Of a stretch of 64,000 nucleotides of DNA, positions 54,827-64,000 are shown piece after piece; the first letter of the stretch is position 1; each line of letters starts with the position of its first letter. The notes under the pieces were generated by a model. It saw only the letters and a list, made by a program, of their open reading frames with translations, did no database searches and had not been told where the DNA came from. A program made the translations under genes and the position numbers. The DNA is from Eledone cirrhosa (lineage: Eukaryota), in NCBI GenBank assembly GCA_964016885.1, contig OZ024759.1, positions 21,886,001-21,950,000 on the forward strand, given 5' to 3'.

Positions 54827-55493
54827 AACGATCGACCTTCGTCAAATCGGACCGAGGGAACAATGTTTCCGTTGGTCTTTCCAATTGCTAATACTATCTA
54901 TCGGTCGCAACTCCAGGTAGAAGGAGCAACGTGAAATAAAGTGTCTTGCTCAAGGACATAACGCATCGCCTGGTCCAGGAATCGAACTCACAACCTTACG
55001 ATTGCGAATCCTATTTCCTAACCACTCAGCCACACGCCTTCATATATATATATATATATATATAAACTTTACGGCTGGATGCTATTTTGGTATTTGTAAA
55101 ACGTGGGCGGCGTGGAAAACGGAGCAACGAGAAAAAAAACATCAATCACATTACTTAAACAGCAGTAGCAGCAGCAGCAGCAGCAGTAGTAGTAGCAGTA
55201 GTAGCAGCAGTTGTAGTAGTGGTAGGCGGTAGTAGTAGTAGTAGTAGGGGCTGAAAGTCTAGCAAATGTCAGGGAAGGGGGTGGGATAGCTGTTGATGAC
55301 CGAGAAATGGAGAAATATACACTGGAACATAAAAGTGTTAAAAGGAAGAGTGGGTTGGACGGGAACATCTTTTTATATACGTATATAGGTATATATATAC
55401 ATATTTATATTTGCTCTACGGTTCTTATATATTTGATATATATTTATCCTTATCGAGCCCTCTATGGATTTTAGTCTTCAAATTTATTATTAT

Positions 55494-55572
<79 letters not shown>

Positions 55573-55860
55573 TATACACATATATATATACATATATATA
55601 TATACATATGTATATACATATATATATATATATATATACATATGTATATACATATATATATACATATATATATGCATATATATATACATATGTATATACA
55701 TATATATATACATATATATATGCATATATATATATATATATACATAGATGTATATACATATTTGTATATATATATACATATTTATATATATATATATAAT
55801 ATATATATACATATTTATATACCTAAATATTTCTTGAGAAACCCTCTCTCTCTGAATATG

Positions 55861-55907
<47 letters not shown>

Positions 55908-56148
55908 TAAAATTAAATGAGAAAAAACACTAATTACGAGAGTATAATCGGGATAGACGGGAAAATGTTTCTATCTAATTTTTTTCTCATTTAATTTTAA
56001 TATATAATATTACTGCTCAGAGAAATGTCTTTCATTGACATGTTTGTGTATTAGTGATTAATTAATCTTTAATTACTATATACATATATATATATTTATT
56101 TATTTATTTGTGTGTGTGTGCGCGCGTATACACACATATATATATATC

Positions 56149-56412
56149 CCAAAAGTCAGCTCAAATGTGACACAGAGGAGACTGAGGTTGGCTGGACATG
56201 CTCACCGACATCCAGAGTTGACATTGCACTCAGTGCTCCTTTGGGAGCCCCTACATGGACACACTAGAAGAGGAAGACCAAGGTTAACATATGTTGATGC
56301 CCTAAGGACAGACACTGGTCTGTTGGAGATGCAGGATATGGCAGCGATAATGAGGGACAGAGACCGCTGGAGAGAACTCGTCCATGGATCTCGGGAATTT
56401 TACCCGCCTTAG
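56149..56412 (+). mobile_element. RTE-type LINE 3' end
   Basis: RRLRLAGHAHRHPE...LLWEPLHGHTRRGRPRLTYVDAL...MRDRDRWRELV, followed by a (TAGA)n tail. Confidence 0.8.
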
Positions 56413-56422
56413 ATAGATAGAT

Positions 56423-56538
<116 letters not shown>

Positions 56539-56693
56539 CTGTGTGTGTGTAGTAAAATATAGGGTATCTTCTTACACGTCTAAGCGCCTAAAGACTGGGT
56601 CACAAATTTGATCCCTCTTTCAATCTGGATGTATGATCAATATTGGGCCTTGAAACCTTAGGTAGCGCTTTTGTTCCGAGTATAAACATAAGT

Positions 56694-56769
<76 letters not shown>

Positions 56770-58257
56770 ACTTATGTTTATACTTATGTTTATATATGGT
56801 CCAGAAATAGCCATCGAAACGGCTTGAGCTCTGCCGTCGGGGTCATACTTTTTCCTATTACCCACTCTACTACACTAAGTATTGAGTACTTTGGTGTGTT
56901 ATGGTCCATCTGGTTCTTTACCACAATTCCTTCGTTATATATATATATATATGAATGAAAACTGGCGTGCTGCGTTGTTGCGAATATAAACACATGAATA
57001 AAAATAGACCGAGAAACAAGAATGTCCTTCATCAGTAGCCTGCTGATTATCGTTGGTAGATATAACACCTGTGAACAAATAACACCTGTGAACAAAATAA
57101 ATTGGGAGACGGAAACCGCACTGAAGACCGTTGGATGAATTGTACATGGAATCTTGAACAAGTGCCATATGCCATAGCCTCGAGTCAGCTTTTGAACATT
57201 TCACTGACATGAGTACTTTTAATGCAATTCTTAGGAAGCGGGAGCAGCGTAACAGTATTTGACCCCTTGAATCACAAGTACAGTCCTTCCGCACAGTTTC
57301 AGTCTTCCCACTTTCACTCACAAACATAGGATCAATGCCGACTCGAGGCTGTAGCAAATGACACATGAAGTGGGGGTAATCGAACCCCAAACCTTAGCAT
57401 TGCTATAGCCACTAAAGATATCTAAACTCTTGATCAAGACGTATGGTTTACACACCTTTAGATTTCACACAGACAGCGAGTTGGCAAAGTCATTAGAACG
57501 TCGGATAGAATGCTTTGTGGTATTTGTTCAGGCTCACTGCTCTCTCATTCCAAATCCCGCCGAGATTAACTTTGCCTTTTAACCATTCAAGGTCCATAAA
57601 AAAGCACTAATCAAGTACCGGGTTTGGTTCTTCATCTATATCTCTGTCTCACTTCCACACTCTCTCACTTTCTATCCTTCTCTTGTAGGAAATGTAGGAA
57701 ATATATGGTTATTTTGACAGTTAAAGTAATGACTAACACGCGATGAAGATATTTAGAAACGAACTGTAGTTTTCTAGAAAAGAAACCATTGAAAAAGAAA
57801 TCTAAAAGAAATGTATGAATGATGAAATGAAGGGTAGATTGAATAGATAACATGAATAGAGTTAAGTTTTAAAATGAGGGAAAAAATAAAATATGGTTGC
57901 CAAATATTGCTAACATAATGGTAGAGTAAAGAATAAAAGATACACAAAAATCTTAGAGGAGGGTTTTCATTATAGGGGAAAATGATCAACAAACTTAACA
58001 TAACGTAGTGATAATAGTGTGTATATGTGTGTGAAAGAGAGAGGTAGATAGATAGGTAGGTAGGTATATATATATATATATATATATACATACATAGAGG
58101 GAGGGGGTAGATAGATAGGTATATATAGAGAGAGGGAGGGAAATGGGGTGAGGGAGTGGGTGAGGGAGTGGGTGAGGGAGTGGGAGAGGGAGAGGAAGAG
58201 AATGAGGGTCAGTGAGTAAAGTCATAAACTAAGTTAAGAGAAAGAGAGTAAAGTGAT

Positions 58258-58330
<73 letters not shown>

Positions 58331-58629
58331 GCGAGAGAGAGTAATATGATAAACTGAGAAAGAGGGGAAAAGAGAGAGAGTAAAGTGATAAACTGAGAGA
58401 GAGGGAAAGAAAGAAAATGGAAAATATTTATTTACACTAAGCACAAAATAATATTCAAAGAAAAAATAAATGAATTATAAAAACATATTTTGGTTAAAAT
58501 TTTGAATATGGGTGCCAGATGTTGGGTCTTCGTTAAGGATTTCTAAGGCTTGACTTTGATATTGTCCATCTCACCACCTCTCATTCTACCACAGTTCCTT
58601 ATAAAATTGTCTTTATAAGGCCACGGGAC

Positions 58630-59630
58630 CTTGTTATATGATACCATACCATCTCTCCTTCTCTCTATCTGTCTACAGTTTCTTGTAGGTTGGTCATTGT
58701 ACAACCACAGTAACTTGCTGCACAACCATACCATCTCCACCTCTATCTATCTACGGTTCTTTGTAGAATCACTAATTCTTGTTATACAACCACACCATCT
58801 ATCCATCTCTCAGCCTATCTAGAGTTTCTTGCAGGCTGGTCATTGTACAACCACTAATTCTTGTTATACAACCACACCATCTATCCATCTCTCAGCCTAT
58901 CTAGAGTTTCTTGCAGGCTGGTCATTGTACAACCACTAATTCTTGTTATACAACCACACCATCTATCCATCTCTCAGCCTATCTAGAGTTTCTTGCAGGC
59001 TGGTCATTGTACAACCACTAATTCTTGTTATACAACCACACCATCTATCCATCTCTCAGCCTATCTAGAGTTTCTTGCAGGCTGGTCATTGTAAAACCAC
59101 TAATTCTTGTTATACAACCACACCATCTATCCATCTCTCAGCCTATCTAGAGTTTCTTGCAGGCTGGTCATTGTACAACCACTAATTCTTGTTATACAAC
59201 CACACCATCTATCCATCTCTCAGCCTATCTAGAGTTTCTTGCAGGCTGGTCATTGTACAACCATTAGTTCTTGTTACACAATCATACCATCTCTCCATCT
59301 CTCAGCCTATCTGGAGTTGCTTGTAGGCTTGTCATTGTACAACCATTAGTTCTTGTTACACAATCATACCATCTCTCCTTCTCTCTGCCTATATAGAGTT
59401 GCTTGTAGGCTTGTCATTGTACAACCATTAGTTCTTGTTACACAATCATACCATCTCTCCTTCTCTCTGCCTGTCTAGAGTTGCTTGTAGGTTTGTCATT
59501 GTACAACCATTAGTTCTTGTTACACAACCACACCATCTCTCCTTCTCTCTGCCTATCTAGAGTTACTTGTAGGCTTGTCATTGTACGACCATTAGTTCTT
59601 GTTACACAACCATACCATCTCTCTTCTCTC
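58630..59630. repeat. 82-bp minisatellite
   Basis: ATCCATCTCTCAGCC at 58801, 58883 and 58965. Confidence 0.92.
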
Positions 59631-60161
59631 CATTACTACATGGCACCATTCCATTCGATCTTCATTCTCTGATTACTACATGGCATCATTCTATCTTTCC
59701 TTCTCTCCTCCTCTCCACAGTTCCTTATAGAATGGTCTTTGTACAACCACTGGACCTTGTTTCATGACACCCTACAATGTCAGTTTCTATTTCCTGTGCT
59801 GTGCGCAATCGTTATATGTTCACATGAAGAAGAAGGGCACCAGTAAGCCGCAGTGTGCAAATTTTAGGTAATGAATAAATATGAATATTATTTTTTATTA
59901 TTATAAATCTAAATAAAATATATGATTTAGTTTCGACAACAAAACAAGATTATTATGAACATATCTTGAATTTGCAGGTGTTTTAACAAAGATAAATAAT
60001 AAAAACACAAATATAACATAAGGACCACATATAAAACTGTAGAAAACACTAGGAAATTATTTATAGATAAGTTGTATTTTAAATTAGGAACAAGCAATTT
60101 TCTTTGGGAAACATTTGGCTTACAATAGTAATATATACTTATATATACAAATTTATTCCTG

Positions 60162-60193
<32 letters not shown>

Positions 60194-61924
60194 GTGTTGC
60201 TGTTTTTATCGAAATTAATGGATTAATATATATGTGGGGAGAGAGAGAGAGAGAGAGAGAGAGAGATGTATATATATATTTATACAATACACACGCACAA
60301 ACAGACATATATGTATGTCTGTATGTGTGTGTGTGTATGTCTGCTTATACATATACATAGATAGATAATCTAATAGATAATAATGTGTTTCATAAATATT
60401 GCATGAGACTTTCACCTACAGAGTTGAAAGTTAAACAGCAACACCAACAACAGCACAAACAATAGCAACAACAACAGAGCTAACAATATCTAATATATAT
60501 ATTTGTTTATATATATATATATATAAACAAATGAACGACACTAAAAGCCTGTAAAAGACGGTCAGTTGGACAATTCCTGCTCGTCATCTGTCTATGTGGT
60601 GTCTTTGTGGTTTCGATTAACATTTTAAAAAAAAATCTTACTACTCTTCCCTGGGCATCAGTGGTATCTAAGGAAAGACAGCTATCCGGAATGGAAATAC
60701 AACGGATACTGGACATGATAACGGTACAGACCGGGTCTTTTTGACCTATTGCCCAGGGAAACAATGCAAGGAAGCCAGACGAAAACTGTACATACGGATA
60801 CGGAGCAAGAAAACTCCTTCAATAAAACAATTGTGAAAGGCATCACACAAATATAGGAAGATAACTGTAGAATAAATAAAAAGATTACTATGCTGTAAAG
60901 CATGTTTCTGACGCTCTACCGATACTGCTAATCCACTGCCATGGCCAGGGAGCTAATAATGTTTGTATGTAGAGTTGTTAGAACATTAAATAGAATGTTT
61001 TGCAGTATTTGTTCTGATTTTGCGCTCTGAGTACAAATCTCGCCGACGTCAACTTGGCCTTTCATCCTTTTGATGTCGATAAAAAAATTACTAGTCCAGT
61101 ACTGAGTAAACTGGAGCAACGAAAATTAAAGTGTCTTGCTCAAGGACACAATGCATCGCCTGGTCCGGGAATCGAACTCACAACCTCACGATTATGAATT
61201 CGACGCTCTAATCACAAAGCCACACGCCTTTATGTATATAAGATATCTTATCCTTATCCATTGGCCTTTAGGCAAGATAACAAGCACAACTTCACGTTAA
61301 CAATCTCTGTTTCCCATCAATGTTTGTAGGTCTTCCTTATCAATTCCAGTGACTATGGAATCCTGGTACCAGAGTTTTCTGTCTTCTAATCCATCGCCCT
61401 TAGCCGAGACAGCAAGCACAACTTCACGCTAACAGACTCTGTTCACTATCAATTCCAGTGTCTCTTGATATGGTATCCAAGATCTGAGCTTTCTTCTAAA
61501 GGAGATCTCCCACAACAAGAGCTCTGAAACCATCTCATAAGGTATTTTAAACAGTGATCATGTCACAGCTGCATCAGTAGCGGTATGAAGAACGTCACTT
61601 CTACTATACCTTTATTTATTTATCAAATAATTATATGAGTCAGTCGATTGTTTAGTTTGACAAAATTTATTCTATTGATATATATATATATATATATCGA
61701 ATATATATTTGACGAAACTCGATCAACTGTCGATATATATATAACGAAGGAAATGTGGTAAGGAACCAGATGGACCATAACGCACCAAAGTACTCAATAC
61801 TTAGGGCAGTAGAGTGAGTAATAGGAACGAGTAGGGCCCCGACGAGTAGGAGTCCAGAATTAGCCGTCGAAACGGCTTGAGCTCAGCTGTCGGGGTCCTA
61901 CTCGTTCCTATATATATATGTATG

Positions 61925-61955
<31 letters not shown>

Positions 61956-62569
61956 TACTAAATTAAGCTATTTAGAAATTTTTTGAAAATTGTCTGCTAA
62001 TTTCATTACTAAGAACAAAAACGTCATTGTTTTGCTAGTAAAATAATTATATTTGAATTACAAGTTACGTTTGTTTATTTCCGAAAGACATTTTTTTTTT
62101 TTTGTTTTCCTTGGGAGGAGGTATAAGGTATTTTTTAATATAATTTCTTCAACTGATATTACATCAAAAATACTATAAAGGCAATCACATTTAGAATTGC
62201 GTTCGATTATGTCTATTATTGACCTTTTAACTTATGTTATGATTGATATTTTGGTTTTTAATTATCGATTTTTTTTTTTTTGTTGTTCGTTTTTATTTTG
62301 TCAATTCTGAACAATTCAAAATTTACATTTTGCTTTTATTTTATTTTATTTTACATTTTGTTAAGAAAATTTAGTGTTTGTATTTTTGTATACCCCCCCC
62401 CCCTCCTCCTCCTCCTCCTCGTAAAATATTGAGTCATTTGATTGCGTGATGTCATCTTTGTACGGAACATTTTGTCTGTGAAGTTTTGTGCTCATTTATC
62501 TTTCAAATTAATGTTTTTCTGGTATTGTTGCTGCTGCTGTTAATACAAATTGATCTACAATGTATGGCT

Positions 62570-63174
62570 AAAGTTCCTTTACCTATGTTTATGAATCTGG
62601 GATAATAACCGAAAGTATACGATCGCTAATATATGCGGGCCGAAATGGGGTTCCTCCGAAGTGTCTTTGTAGTAAAGTTACTCGGTAGAGTGCGTAGCTA
62701 GGTGAGGGATTAAGGTTTAAGAATATGAGTAAGCGAGCGAAAGAATAGGATCGCGAATACAAGCGGCCGAAATAGGGTTCTTCCGAGGGGTCTTTGGAGT
62801 AAAGTTACTCCAGAGAGTGCGTAGCTAGTAGGAGGTTAGGGTTTAAATATATAAGTGAGCGAAAGAATACGATCGCGAATACAAGCGGCCGAAATGGGAT
62901 TCATCCCAAGTGTCTTTGGAGAAAAGTTACTCTATAGAGTGCGTAGTTCGGACATGAGAGAGTCACTCCAAATAGAGCCGCTTCTTCTCCGAATTGAGAG
63001 ATCACAGCTCTGATATTACGGACATGTGGTTAGAATGTCTCAGGAAAGAATCGCTGGACAGATTTTAGGGGCAAAACCAACCGGCAGGAGACCAAGGAGT
63101 AGACCCCGACCAAAATAGATGGATAACATCCATGAGCTTCGCTGGTCTCGCTTGGGGATCCAACCGGATCGGTT
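62570..63174 (+). mobile_element. Rex3/Expander-like RTE LINE fragment with internal triplication
   Basis: TYVYES..TESIRS..AAEMGFLRRV...RVRS occurs three times, then EPLLLRIERSQL.YYGHVVRMSQERI...PTGRRPRSRPRPK. Confidence 0.82.
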
Positions 63175-63302
63175 GAAGAAGAAGAAGAAGAAGAAGAAGA
63201 AGAAGAAGAAGAAGAAGAAGAAGAAGAAGAAGAAGAACTAATATATTTCATCATTGTACTGTCATTTGCTTTGTTATTTCTGTTTGCCTTTTGTATACAT
63301 AC

Positions 63303-63383
<81 letters not shown>

Positions 63384-63818
63384 GAAAGAAATGTGGTAAG
63401 GAACCAGGTGGACCATAACGCACCAAAGTACTCAATACTTAGGGTAGTAGAGTGGGTAATAGGAACCAGTAAGACCCCGACGGCTGAGCTCAAGCCGTTT
63501 CGACGGCTAATTCTGGACTAAATATTTAGTCCAGAATTAGCCGTCGAAACGGCTTGAGCTCAGCCGTCGGGGTCTTATTGGTTCCTATATATATATATAT
63601 GTATATATGAGATTTGAGAAAAACCACAAACCCTCCATCTCAATTCTACTTTTGAAAAGCAGAAGAACTGCGAAACTGGTAAAGGAACCAAATAAATATA
63701 TATTTTTATATAAAAAGGACTCCAGTTGCATTTTCGATTTCATCTTTTTTTCCTTATACTTTCAGTCGTGTAGGACACCTCGGGTTTTTTTTATTTTGTA
63801 AAAAAAACCTCACTTTCT

Positions 63819-63911
<93 letters not shown>

Positions 63912-64000
63912 CAATGTACGTGTATGAGTGCGTGTGTGTGTGCTGTATGTGTGGGAGGGGAAGTAAACAAGGAAGAAAAGCAACACGTGAGAACAATACA

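Noticed and set aside
61820-61910. Apparent complete hammerhead (CCCCGACGA...GAAAC...GTC-GGGG with long stem I)
   Set aside because: The long stem and CCCCGAC are the inverted duplication of GTCGGGG; there is no proper CUGANGA or stem II.

Overview
AT-rich, repeat-dense animal DNA; the SINE/LINE repertoire and microsatellite load point to a coleoid cephalopod, most likely an octopod (inference). Almost all ORFs in the track are microsatellite artefacts. The only convincing host coding sequence is a minus-strand exon (about 20822-21281) encoding the N-terminal transmembrane part of a Tincar-family protein. I found no downstream exons, so they probably lie left of the window beyond an intron of more than 20 kb. 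The rest is transposon-derived. It includes a complete but mutated DD37D (maT) Tc1/mariner element; several MITE families; RTE LINE 3' ends of about four subtypes, one with three C2H2 fingers; and CR1-like and CRE-clade fragments. It also has many tRNA-derived SINEs, minisatellites (several built from SINE/LINE pieces) and a 200-N gap. The most unusual signal is a set of short (TA)n-flanked fold-back elements and degenerate or partial hammerhead-ribozyme motifs, consistent with Penelope-like retroelement termini. I found nothing I can claim as a proven new biological system. All family assignments come from motif recognition, not database searches.
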